Part shown: piece by piece, positions 36,365 to 45,533 of the stretch | How the letters are laid out: each line of letters begins with the position of its first letter | How positions within the stretch are numbered: the stretch's first letter is position 1 | Source: an uncultured Gammaproteobacteria bacterium | GTDB taxonomy: Bacteria; Patescibacteriota; Microgenomatia; Daviesbacterales; UBA10151 | Assembly: GCA_964446685.1 (NCBI GenBank) | Contig: CAYUPO010000002.1 | Location: 3,606-62,630, forward strand | Direction of reading: 5' to 3' | Length of the DNA stretch: 59,025 nt | The notes under the pieces: generated by a model | Database searches by the model: none | Told to the model about the DNA's origin: nothing | The model's input: only the letters and a program-made list of their open reading frames with translations | Position numbers and translations under genes: made by a program

Positions 36365-36844
36365 TTATTTAACTGTTAGCGTGCCCTTCATACCCATACC
36401 ACGATGATTACCTACAGAACAGTAATACTCAAAACTGCCTGTTTTATCTGCCACAAATTCGATTGTTTCAGAAGCATTAGCCCCTATTTGCTTAGTCTTT
36501 GCTCCTTCAAATTCATCAATCACAAAATCATGAAATCCACCAGTGTTTTTAAAAGTAATTTTGACTTTATCACCTTTATTTACAGTCATTACTGATGGTT
36601 CGAATTTAAAGTTACTTCCATTAACGGTAAATTCTTTCACACCCGCTTCCATCGCTCCTTCACCCGAAGCCATCATAGTATCATCTGCCGTCATTGCAGC
36701 TGGAGAAGTAGCAGGTTCAGCCGACTGCATCATTTGAGCATCATCACCATCCATATCATTTTCATTATTTTGGAAATAAAAATAAGCACCACCGCCAAGG
36801 AGAAGAAGGATCACAACCGCAATAATAACTTTGCTTGTCTCCAT
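36365..36844 (-). CDS. Membrane-anchored cupredoxin (type-1 copper site)
   Basis: His (GFHDF) and C-x4-H-x4-M (YYCSVGNHRGMGM); Met-rich linker. Confidence 0.88.
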   Translation of the reverse strand: METSKVIIAVVILLLLGGGAYFYFQNNENDMDGDDAQMMQSAEPATSPAAMTADDTMMASGEGAMEAGVKEFTVNGSNFKFEPSVMTVNKGDKVKITFKNTGGFHDFVIDEFEGAKTKQIGANASETIEFVADKTGSFEYYCSVGNHRGMGMKGTLTVK

Positions 36845-36942
36845 AAGATTGAGTTAGAATACCTAAATTTTGCCAAATTGTCCACCCCTAGTATTTTATA
36901 TAGTAACTATATTTTAGAAAGCAGTAGGTGTATAATTACATC

Positions 36943-37266
36943 ATGGAGTTACATAACACCACATCCGGACAGGATAACTGTGCAGTCGCGAAAACACTAA
37001 AAATCATCGGCAGCAAATGGACCATGATGATTCTGCACAATCTATTTGACGGCAAAAAAAGATTTGGCGAACTACAAAGGGCACTTGAAACAATCAGTCC
37101 CAAAACTCTTTCCCAAAGACTTCAGGAATTGGAAAAAGATGGGATCATCACCCGGCATGTTTTTACCGAAATTCCACTCCATGTTGAATACAATCTGACA
37201 GAAAAAGGCAAATCCCTCAAAAAACTCTTCAAAGACATGGCCGAATGGGGAGAGAAAATAAGTTAA
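36943..37266 (+). CDS. HxlR-family winged-helix transcription regulator
   Basis: CAVAKTLKIIGSKWT, KRFGELQ, ISPKTLSQRL, VEYNLTEKG. Confidence 0.92.
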   Translation: MELHNTTSGQDNCAVAKTLKIIGSKWTMMILHNLFDGKKRFGELQRALETISPKTLSQRLQELEKDGIITRHVFTEIPLHVEYNLTEKGKSLKKLFKDMAEWGEKIS

Positions 37267-37269
37267 TTT

Positions 37270-37391
37270 AATTTCTAATTAACCTAATTTCTAATTGCTC
37301 TAAACAAATCATAACTTCTAATGACTAGAGTGTTTAGAAATTTATACTTTAGATCTTGTTTAGAATTTAGAGTACTTAGAAATTAGAAATT
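37270..37391. repeat. AT-rich long palindrome (AATTTCTAATT family, second copy)
   Basis: AATTTCTAATT x2, TTCTAATGACTA shared with 28788-28799, AATTAGAAATT right arm. Confidence 0.7.
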
Positions 37392-37437
37392 TTCTTCTTA
37401 AGTTGTTTTACCCTCAGTTTTGCAGTACAATTCGCCC

Positions 37438-38727
37438 ATGGAAGAGCATATTCTGGAAACGCTTTACCCTTTGTATTTCCGAAAAAATGACGCCACTTTA
37501 CTCGGTAAAGATATTCAAACTGGCCATTCTATTATTTTGGTCGGGATGAAACGCGTTGGTATTTCCAATTTTTTACGTTTTTTTCTTTACCACGAACAGA
37601 TCACTCCAACCTATATTAATGACAAAAAAAATCACGTTTTTATACCGGTCAATTTAAACGATCTGGTTGAAAGAGAGCTCTTTCCTTTTTGGATTCTGCT
37701 TTTTAAAAGAATAGTCGATGCCACCGAACCGCTGAATTTAAAAACTGAAACAAAAAAAGAAATTGAAAACTTGTTCCTTCAAAGTATTCAGTTAAATGAC
37801 CAGTTTCTGCTAATTGAAAATATCCGAAAATCATTATCAAAAATAATAGAACAAAATATTATTCCAACCATTTTTCTGATTCGTTTTGATAGAATGCAAA
37901 ATACAGCCAGCGACAACTTATTTGCCAATTTACGGGGACTGCAGGATTTTTTACACAATCAGGTTTCTTTTGTAATTACCTGTTATCGCCCACTACAAAA
38001 CCTGCTACCGGATCTGGACAAAACAACTCTAAATGGCTTTACCAAAACTTTTTTCCTGCAACCATCTACCCATGCTGATCAAAAAATATTACTTGAAACG
38101 TACGCTTTAAGGTATAGCCTGTCTTTAAATGAAACAGAAAAAAACACCTTAGTTGATCTCTCAGGCGGCCATATCAGACTACTTCAATTAATGCTGATCC
38201 TGCTGCATGAGAAACCACTACTCAAAAAAGCAGATCTCTTGTCACATTTTTTGAAAGATGAAAGGATTCAGCTCCAGTGTGAAGAGCTGTGGGAAAGTCT
38301 GACTGCAAAAGAGCAGCAATTACTGAAAACAATCGCTGAAGAAGCAACTAAACCTTTGAAAGTCGAAACACCCAACTACTTACTAGACACAGGATTTATC
38401 ATAAATAAAGATTCGGGATATCAGATCTTCAGTCCACTTTTTGAAAATTATGTCAAAAGCAAATCTGAATCAGTTCCCCTGGTAGAAACAACTATCGAAT
38501 TTACCAAAAAAGAGCTGGCACTATTTAAATTTCTTCAAAAAAATATCAACCAGGTTTGCGAAAGAGATCAGATCATTGAGGCCGTATGGACTGATGAAGA
38601 AGAAGCGTTGGAAGTATCTGACTGGGCCATGGATCGCCTGGTAGCCAGAGTCCGAGCCAAACTAAAAAAACAAAACTCACCTCAGGAAATTCTAACCATC
38701 AGAACCCGCGGCTACAAACTAATTTAA
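37438..38727 (+). CDS. Degenerate P-loop NTPase domain + C-terminal OmpR/PhoB-type winged helix
   Basis: VGMKRVGISNF (Walker-A-like); FTKKE...ERDQIIEAVW...DRLVARVRAKL...TIRTRGYKL. Confidence 0.75.
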   Translation: MEEHILETLYPLYFRKNDATLLGKDIQTGHSIILVGMKRVGISNFLRFFLYHEQITPTYINDKKNHVFIPVNLNDLVERELFPFWILLFKRIVDATEPLNLKTETKKEIENLFLQSIQLNDQFLLIENIRKSLSKIIEQNIIPTIFLIRFDRMQNTASDNLFANLRGLQDFLHNQVSFVITCYRPLQNLLPDLDKTTLNGFTKTFFLQPSTHADQKILLETYALRYSLSLNETEKNTLVDLSGGHIRLLQLMLILLHEKPLLKKADLLSHFLKDERIQLQCEELWESLTAKEQQLLKTIAEEATKPLKVETPNYLLDTGFIINKDSGYQIFSPLFENYVKSKSESVPLVETTIEFTKKELALFKFLQKNINQVCERDQIIEAVWTDEEEALEVSDWAMDRLVARVRAKLKKQNSPQEILTIRTRGYKLI

Positions 38728-38796
38728 CCAACCATAGGCTAACTTCAAAACTGTAACTTGTATATATTTTAAGTCCAAAATCTTAAATCTTAAATC

Positions 38797-40956
38797 TTAA
38801 AATTGCGGCATTTGATCTGGATCTGCAGGGGCAGCTGTTGCGCCGCCACTTAAGAATTCATTAGCATTTCTGACAATCACCTCTCTCGGTTTTGATCCTT
38901 CACCAACACCAATCACACCGGCTACTTCCAATTCATCAATAATTCGTGCCGCTCTGGCATAACCGACTTTTAGACGCCTTTGCAGAAGGGATGCTGAAGC
39001 TCTATCGTACTGACAAACTGTTTTAACTGCTTCATCAAATAATGGATCTCTGTCACCGTCCCCATCATCCATGCCACCAATAGCTTTACCTTTTACAGTC
39101 ACTTTTTGATTAACAATCTCCTCAGCATAATTTGGATCAACACCCTGACTTTTAAGGTATTCAACTAAAGCTTTAATCTCCTGATCTGTTACATATACAC
39201 CTTGAATACGCATCGGTTTGGAAGCATCCGGCGGCATATACAACATGTCTCCCCGTCCAAGTAACTTTTCAGCACCAGGGCCATCAATAATAACTCGTGA
39301 ATCAATCATCGATGACACATTAAATGCAATTCGGCAAGGAATATTAGCTTTCATCAGACCGGTAATAACATCCACTGAAGGTCTCTGTGTTGCGATAACT
39401 AAATGAATACCAACCGCACGAGCCAACTGGGCTAAACGGGTAATCGCATCTTCCACTTCAACCGGAGCAAACATCATCAAGTCCGCCAATTCATCAATAA
39501 AAATCACAATATATGGCAAAGCCTGAAAACCAGACATTTCGTTATAACCCTGAATATTTCTGACACCCACCTGCTGGAACAATTTATATCGTCTGTCCAT
39601 CTCCGCAGTTGCCCATTTTAAAGCTGACAGAATTTTCTCAGGTTCGACAATAACTGGTGTTAGAAGATGCGGAATATTATTGTAATTTGCCATTTCCACG
39701 CGTTTTGGATCGATCAAAATTAGCTTAAGTTCATCAGGTGAATTTCTAAAAAGCAAAGAGGTTAAAAGCGCATGCATCAACACCGATTTACCTGAACCAG
39801 TCGTACCAGCAATCAACATATGTGGCATCCGATCAATATCAACAATAATCGGATTGGATCCGGTATCTTTGCCCAGAGTAACAGCCAATTTAGATTTATG
39901 TTTTTTCATCTCATCTGAAGCAACTACTGTCTTTAACATCACCACTTCAAGTGACGCGTTTGGCACTTCAATACCTACCAAAGACTTACCTGGAATTGGC
40001 GCTTCAATACGGACAGTTCCGGTCCTGGTAGCCAAAGACAAAGCTATATCATGCTGTAAATTAGCGATTTTGGTAATTTTAGTACCGGCGGCAATATCCA
40101 GCGCATATTGAGTAACAGCCGGACCACCATTTACTTCAGCCACTCTCGCCTGAATACCAAATGATTCCAACATCCGTTCAATAATCGAAGCGTTCTTTTT
40201 AACATCTCCCCGGTCAGCCGGAGCGCCACCCTTATCTGACAAAAGTGACAGCGGCGGATAACGCCAAACCTTACTCTGGCCAGCTACATTCTGAACCAAT
40301 GTTTCAGCCATAATGGCCTCTTTTGGAGCCTGCCTTGGAGCCATTTTTACTGGAGCATTATCATCAATTCCTCGCAGTTTAATCTCACCAATTCGGGGAA
40401 TAAACTGATCAGCTTTTTTCAAAGCCCCCATTCCTTTACCAGCAACAGAACCAACTGATTTAGTAATACCAAATAACGCTCCTAAAAAGTCAGTAATCTG
40501 ATTAAAACTAAGCTGCAGCATAGTCACAATCCCAACCACCAATATACAAACCAGTACCACCACACTCACCGGAGCACTCAGTATCTCCTGCAGTTGAGCC
40601 CAGATAAATGTCCCCAGCATCCCACCGACTCTTTCATTTACAGCACCTAAAAGCCCCATCATCGAAACCATGATCACAATCAAACCCAAAATAACATTCA
40701 TCTGGCCAATTCTCCATTTAACTTTATGAAGCACCAAACCAGACAGGAAAAATACCGCCGGTGTTAAAACAGCGGTTGTACCGAGACTTTGAAACAAATA
40801 ATCTTTCCAGAATGACAAAGCAGAAGAAGGCGCCACAAATGAAGCTAAAGTAATAAGAGCTAAAATAACTGAACCAAAAGTAGAAATAGCCAAAATTGTT
40901 TTTGGCTTTAGTTTTAACTTTGGCATTGAATAAATTGATGATTTTCGTCTAGCCAT
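38797..40956 (-). CDS. ftsK: DNA translocase FtsK/SpoIIIE
   Basis: N-terminal TMs; AGTTGSGKS, IDELADLM, ATQRPS; gamma domain SLLQRRLKVGYARAA. Confidence 0.95.
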   Translation of the reverse strand: MARRKSSIYSMPKLKLKPKTILAISTFGSVILALITLASFVAPSSALSFWKDYLFQSLGTTAVLTPAVFFLSGLVLHKVKWRIGQMNVILGLIVIMVSMMGLLGAVNERVGGMLGTFIWAQLQEILSAPVSVVVLVCILVVGIVTMLQLSFNQITDFLGALFGITKSVGSVAGKGMGALKKADQFIPRIGEIKLRGIDDNAPVKMAPRQAPKEAIMAETLVQNVAGQSKVWRYPPLSLLSDKGGAPADRGDVKKNASIIERMLESFGIQARVAEVNGGPAVTQYALDIAAGTKITKIANLQHDIALSLATRTGTVRIEAPIPGKSLVGIEVPNASLEVVMLKTVVASDEMKKHKSKLAVTLGKDTGSNPIIVDIDRMPHMLIAGTTGSGKSVLMHALLTSLLFRNSPDELKLILIDPKRVEMANYNNIPHLLTPVIVEPEKILSALKWATAEMDRRYKLFQQVGVRNIQGYNEMSGFQALPYIVIFIDELADLMMFAPVEVEDAITRLAQLARAVGIHLVIATQRPSVDVITGLMKANIPCRIAFNVSSMIDSRVIIDGPGAEKLLGRGDMLYMPPDASKPMRIQGVYVTDQEIKALVEYLKSQGVDPNYAEEIVNQKVTVKGKAIGGMDDGDGDRDPLFDEAVKTVCQYDRASASLLQRRLKVGYARAARIIDELEVAGVIGVGEGSKPREVIVRNANEFLSGGATAAPADPDQMPQF

Positions 40957-41003
40957 AGAATTTAATATTACTCCAAATTAACGTTGCTGTCATCTAAATC
41001 CCC

Positions 41004-41107
41004 TGTCATGTTGAGCGCAGCGAAACATCTTTTAAATCTTTTGAGATCCATTGGAACAAGTAATGTCGCATTCGCGACAGATTCTTCGCCTTTGGCTCAG
41101 AATGACA
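41004..41107. repeat. TGTC-tagged REP doublet
   Basis: TGTCATGTTGAGCGCAGCGAAACATCT ... AGATTCTTCGCCTTTGGCTCAGAATGACA. Confidence 0.8.
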
Positions 41108-41270
41108 GTGTAATTTGTGAAAGAATAAATACAGTAGCGGGCAGCTAACATAGAGTAAATATATTATACCACATTGGTTATAGGATATTTAGAGAATGGA
41201 GTACTACTGAAACAGCAATTTCAGTAGTAGCGCAGTTCTCGCAAGGACGTTAGTCCTTATACCACATGAA

Positions 41271-41744
41271 CTATGGAGCTAAGCCAAGTATTTTGAGGCT
41301 ATTTAGAAGTTGGGAATTATTTTGATAATGTATTACTTCTAAACCTGCTTCTCTGGCTGCTTCAATATTTACTAAAGAATCATCTACAAAGATAATTTCC
41401 TTCTCAATAACTCCAATATCAGCCGCAATTTTTTTATAAGAAGCAACATCTTTTTTATTCAGATTCATCCGCAAACCAGAGTATATTTTCTGAAATATCT
41501 GCAGACTTTCTGCTAACTCTGGAGCTTCCTGAACTGTTTCACTGGTAAATATAAACAACGGATATTGAGACTGCAGTTTCTGAAGTACCTCCATCAGCTC
41601 CTCATTCAATCTAAAATGATCAAAGAATTTATAATCAGCATTTAGACTAAGCTTGCGATGAAGCCCATTAATCGACTCCACTGGCTCTTCGGTTTTCGGA
41701 AACAACAACACCCGCGAGAAATCAAAAAGTAACGCTTTAATCAT
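41271..41744 (-). CDS. HAD-superfamily hydrolase
   Basis: LLFDFSRVL, FTS, K, FVDDS. Confidence 0.85.
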   Translation of the reverse strand: MIKALLFDFSRVLLFPKTEEPVESINGLHRKLSLNADYKFFDHFRLNEELMEVLQKLQSQYPLFIFTSETVQEAPELAESLQIFQKIYSGLRMNLNKKDVASYKKIAADIGVIEKEIIFVDDSLVNIEAAREAGLEVIHYQNNSQLLNSLKILGLAP

Positions 41745-43574
41745 TTAGATCTCAACAACAGTAGTTAAAATAAGTGGTTTTCTTTTGGTTTCTTCGTAAT
41801 AAAATTTACCTAAATTATTTTCTACTTCATGACGGATATATCTAAAATCTGTCGGCCCTCCATGCATGCTGGAAAAAATACTTTTAACTATTTCTCTGGA
41901 CGCGCCTGTAATGTCCTCACCACTTTCTCCAAAGACAAATCCTCGGGATATCACATCAGGCTCACCCACCAGCTTGCCTGTTTTCATATCCACTCTGGCA
42001 ACGACCACCACCACGCCCTCTTCACTCATCAGCTGTCTATCCCGCAAAATAATCTGCCCCACATCTCCAACTCCCAAACCATCGACATAAACATTTTCCA
42101 CCCGTAGCCGTTCGGCAAATCTGGCTCCGTCTTTGCCAATTTCAATGACAGTAGCTTCATTGGCAGCAAAGACTTCGTTGTCTTTATAACCCATATCTTT
42201 CACCATATCGACAAACGCCCGCATATGACGGAAATTACCACCCATTGGCATCAGGTATTTCGGTTTAGCCAGATTAATCATCAGCTTTAACTCTTCCTGT
42301 GCTGCGTGTCCGGACACATGCAGATCTTCTGTCAATCTGGAGTAATACACTTTACAGCCAAGCCTGGCTAAAGCATCAATCAATACTCCTTGAGACATCT
42401 CCGCTGAAGGCATTGGATCAGCGCTAAAAACAACCGTATCTTTTTGACCAATTCTGATATGTTTATGATCTCCATGAGCTGCTCTGGCCAGAGCTGAACT
42501 CGCCTGTCCCAAAGATCCGGCAATCAAAATCATCAGCTTATCATCACTAAACTTTTTCACCTCTTCCTGAGCAATAACCAGTCCAGGAGGAACATCTATA
42601 TATCCCAGATCTCTAGCTGTCTGAAAATTATTTTCCATACTTCGCCCTGAGAAAGCCACTTTACGTCCGGAAGCCACAGCTACATTTAGTGCCTGCTGAA
42701 TCCGGGTGATATTGGAAGTAATTGTACTGATAATTAATTTTCCTTTAGTTTCTTTTTCAATTTTTTCAAATGTCGGCTGAATTGTTTTTTCAGAAACTGT
42801 ATAACCAGCTTTTTCACTTCTCAGACAATCAATTGTCATCATCACAACTCCCTGAGAACCAAGCTGCGCTACTCTACCAACATCAGGAATCTGACCGTTA
42901 ACCGGTGTCCAGTCAATTTTAAAATCAGACTGATGGATAATGGTTCCAACCGGAGTTTCCAGCACAATTCCGGTTGAATCCGGAACAGAATGTGATACCT
43001 GGTACACAGATACTTTAAAAGCACCCAGCTGCACTGTGTCTGTAATTTTCATTTCATGAATCATATTCATTGGCAATTTGTGTTCAGTGAACTTAGAACG
43101 GATCAGACCACAGGTCAGTTTTTGAGAATAGATGGGGACATTAAGCTCCGGCCAGATATAAGGCAGTGCTCCATAATGATCATCATGTCCATGAGAAATA
43201 ACTATCCCTCGGATTTTGCTTATTTTGTCTCGTAAGTAACTAATATCTGGAATAACCAGATCAACCCCCAGCATCCCCTCTTCCGGAAATGACACACCGC
43301 AATCAACAATAATAATGTCGTCTTTGTATTCATAGACATACATATTCTTAGTCACATCCCCAACGCCCCCCATTGGAATCAATCTGACGACGTCTCCCCT
43401 AGGACCTTTAACAGACTGCTGTGGAAGCGAATCAGCTGGTCGGCGATTCGGCTGATCAGATCGTAAATTTTTCTGCGCGTTAAACTGCTGTGGATTATTC
43501 CTCACTGCCTGATTAGCTGATCCGCTTACTTGCTGATTCGCTTGATTATTTGGTTTTGGTTTAAATGATTTCAT
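41745..43574 (-). CDS. rnj: Ribonuclease J
   Basis: SHGHDDH, HSVPD, SDFKID, HVSGHA. Confidence 0.95.
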   Translation of the reverse strand: MKSFKPKPNNQANQQVSGSANQAVRNNPQQFNAQKNLRSDQPNRRPADSLPQQSVKGPRGDVVRLIPMGGVGDVTKNMYVYEYKDDIIIVDCGVSFPEEGMLGVDLVIPDISYLRDKISKIRGIVISHGHDDHYGALPYIWPELNVPIYSQKLTCGLIRSKFTEHKLPMNMIHEMKITDTVQLGAFKVSVYQVSHSVPDSTGIVLETPVGTIIHQSDFKIDWTPVNGQIPDVGRVAQLGSQGVVMMTIDCLRSEKAGYTVSEKTIQPTFEKIEKETKGKLIISTITSNITRIQQALNVAVASGRKVAFSGRSMENNFQTARDLGYIDVPPGLVIAQEEVKKFSDDKLMILIAGSLGQASSALARAAHGDHKHIRIGQKDTVVFSADPMPSAEMSQGVLIDALARLGCKVYYSRLTEDLHVSGHAAQEELKLMINLAKPKYLMPMGGNFRHMRAFVDMVKDMGYKDNEVFAANEATVIEIGKDGARFAERLRVENVYVDGLGVGDVGQIILRDRQLMSEEGVVVVVARVDMKTGKLVGEPDVISRGFVFGESGEDITGASREIVKSIFSSMHGGPTDFRYIRHEVENNLGKFYYEETKRKPLILTTVVEI

Positions 43575-43586
43575 TTGTTAATTCCT

Positions 43587-43674
43587 TAAATTGTTAAACT
43601 GTTAAATGGTTAAATTGTTATTGGCATAGTTTACCTTTTTTAAAGCCACCTAACAATCCAACAATTAAACAATT
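43587..43674. repeat. Inverted octamer tandem array
   Basis: TAAATTGT TAAACTGT TAAATGGT TAAATTGT ... TAACAATC CAACAATT AAACAATT. Confidence 0.75.
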
Positions 43675-43679
43675 TTTCT

Positions 43680-44759
43680 TTAAATATTCAAATATTGAGC
43701 TAAGTTCTGTTGATTTATTATAAAAGGACCCTTGTTTCCCATTACTACCATCTTGGCAATTTTTCCTGTCATATTTGTAATATTTCTCTTTAAGGATCTA
43801 ATACCCCCATCAAAACCTAACGGCCTGACTATCTGACTCCACATCTCCGGGCTAATCTGCACCAGATTTGGATCGAGTCCGGCATTCTTTAATGCTCCAG
43901 GCAATAGATAATCTCTTCCTATAACTGTTTTTTGTTCATCAGTATAAAAAGGCATCTCGATCAGCTCTAAACGATCCATCACCGCAGTTGCAACACTACC
44001 GGTATTATTGGCTGTTGCCACAAATAAAACCTGAGACAGATCAAACGGAAATCCAACATAATGATCTGAAAATGCCATGTTCTGCTCAGGATCCAAAAGC
44101 TCTACCAAAACACCCATAATATCAGTTCGGGCTGATTCAGTAACACGGTCAAGCTCATCAAGCAGTATTACCGGATTTCTAACCTGAGCTTTTCTCAAAG
44201 CCCGGGCAATCATTCCAGGTTCTGCTTCTGACTTGACCCGTGACTCACCACGCAACTGCAGCGCTGAACCCAGTCCACCAAACGGAATCCGGATCAAAGG
44301 CCTTCCCAGAGCTTCAGCAATAGAGATCGCAATCGTTGTCTTACCACTTCCGGCAAGCCCCACAAAAGCCAAAACCGGCTGCTTCGGCTGCTGTCCTTTT
44401 TGCTTGTTTAAAATCAAAATAGACAGGTATTCAAGGATCCTCTCTTTGATCGGTTCTAAACCGTAATGATTTTTTTTCAAAATCTCTGATGCATGTCCCA
44501 AATCTAAAATATCCTGTCCGACTTTATTCCAGGGCAACTCGCAAACAAACTCAATATATTTAATCTGAGCATCCAACTCTGGATTAAATTTTTGGGTTCT
44601 GAAAACCAGCTCTACTCTAGTTAACTCGTCACTAATCTTTTCATGAACATCAGTAGGCAGCTGAGCTGAAGCAACTTTTGCTTTTAATTTCTCCAAAATC
44701 TGCCCCGTAGACTGAGGCTGAGCTGGAGCAACTGGTTGTAATGGCTGGGCAGAATCCAT
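43680..44759 (-). CDS. Lon-type AAA+ module without N-domain or protease domain
   Basis: HYGLEPIKERILEYL, GLAGSGKT, LLDELD, LLDPEQN.AFSDHY, DRLE; stops at NLAQYLNI. Confidence 0.85.
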   Translation of the reverse strand: MDSAQPLQPVAPAQPQSTGQILEKLKAKVASAQLPTDVHEKISDELTRVELVFRTQKFNPELDAQIKYIEFVCELPWNKVGQDILDLGHASEILKKNHYGLEPIKERILEYLSILILNKQKGQQPKQPVLAFVGLAGSGKTTIAISIAEALGRPLIRIPFGGLGSALQLRGESRVKSEAEPGMIARALRKAQVRNPVILLDELDRVTESARTDIMGVLVELLDPEQNMAFSDHYVGFPFDLSQVLFVATANNTGSVATAVMDRLELIEMPFYTDEQKTVIGRDYLLPGALKNAGLDPNLVQISPEMWSQIVRPLGFDGGIRSLKRNITNMTGKIAKMVVMGNKGPFIINQQNLAQYLNI

Positions 44760-44781
44760 AAATTAATTTAACAATGTAATG

Positions 44782-44837
44782 CTTCGACTCCACTTCGTTT
44801 CGCTCAGCAAAAATCATTTTCTCTGAGCTTGTCGAAG
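44782..44837. repeat. CTTCGAC...CTCAG / CTGAG...GTCGAAG palindromic repeat pair
   Basis: CTTCGACTCCACTTCGTTTCGCTCAGC ... CTGAGCTTGTCGAAG. Confidence 0.7.
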
Positions 44838-44847
44838 AGTTACATTC

Positions 44848-45528
44848 TTATTTCAAACGCACTTCTCCGCTAATGCTTTTTCCATTAACTAGCATCTCTA
44901 TTGTACCTACTCTGTCCATTATTGGAAACAGCAGTTGCAGCTTATCTGACATCATTATCTGTCCTGACTCAGTGGCATACTGCAATAAAGGTTGCGGATT
45001 GTCCAGTTTTAGCTGGAATTCACTCTCAGATGATTTAGTAAAACTAAGTTTACCGCCTTCTGTTGCAAACTCTTTGCTGTCTTTTACTAAAGAAGAGACA
45101 AAAGTCGGCAAAATACTACTACCAAAACTTACTTTTTTAGGTTCAATTGTCAGTCCCAGATTCACCGGCAAAAATTCATTTATTTTTTTAATACTTTCTG
45201 GATCCAGCTCCAAAGAAATACCTTCTAAATAATCTTCTTTAACTCCTAAATTGTTGTTAAAACTTTGCATTTTTTGCTTATCATCCTCAGTCAGTATGAA
45301 TTCTATTTTCAGATTATTGCCCTCTGTCCATATCTTAGCCGTACTTTTTTCAGCAAAAACATTTCCCTGATATAGCTGCTGGGCAAAGACACCTAAATGA
45401 TTAAAAACTCCTCCAAATAATTGTGGTCTGAAAAAAGTTGTTAAAACCAAAATACTGGTTAAAAGAATCAGCAAGCTTAAAAGAAAAATTGTCTTATGAG
45501 TAATAAGTAAGGATTTAAATCTGTCCAC
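44848..45528 (-). CDS. Hypothetical membrane-anchored protein
   Basis: 226 aa, N-terminal TM, 5 nt after pnp stop. Confidence 0.7.
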   Translation of the reverse strand: MDRFKSLLITHKTIFLLSLLILLTSILVLTTFFRPQLFGGVFNHLGVFAQQLYQGNVFAEKSTAKIWTEGNNLKIEFILTEDDKQKMQSFNNNLGVKEDYLEGISLELDPESIKKINEFLPVNLGLTIEPKKVSFGSSILPTFVSSLVKDSKEFATEGGKLSFTKSSESEFQLKLDNPQPLLQYATESGQIMMSDKLQLLFPIMDRVGTIEMLVNGKSISGEVRLK

Positions 45529-45533
45529 TATAA

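Noticed and set aside
43680-44759. Frameshifted lon pseudogene
   Set aside because: Motifs intact, clean domain-boundary stop, and no protease remnant before rnj
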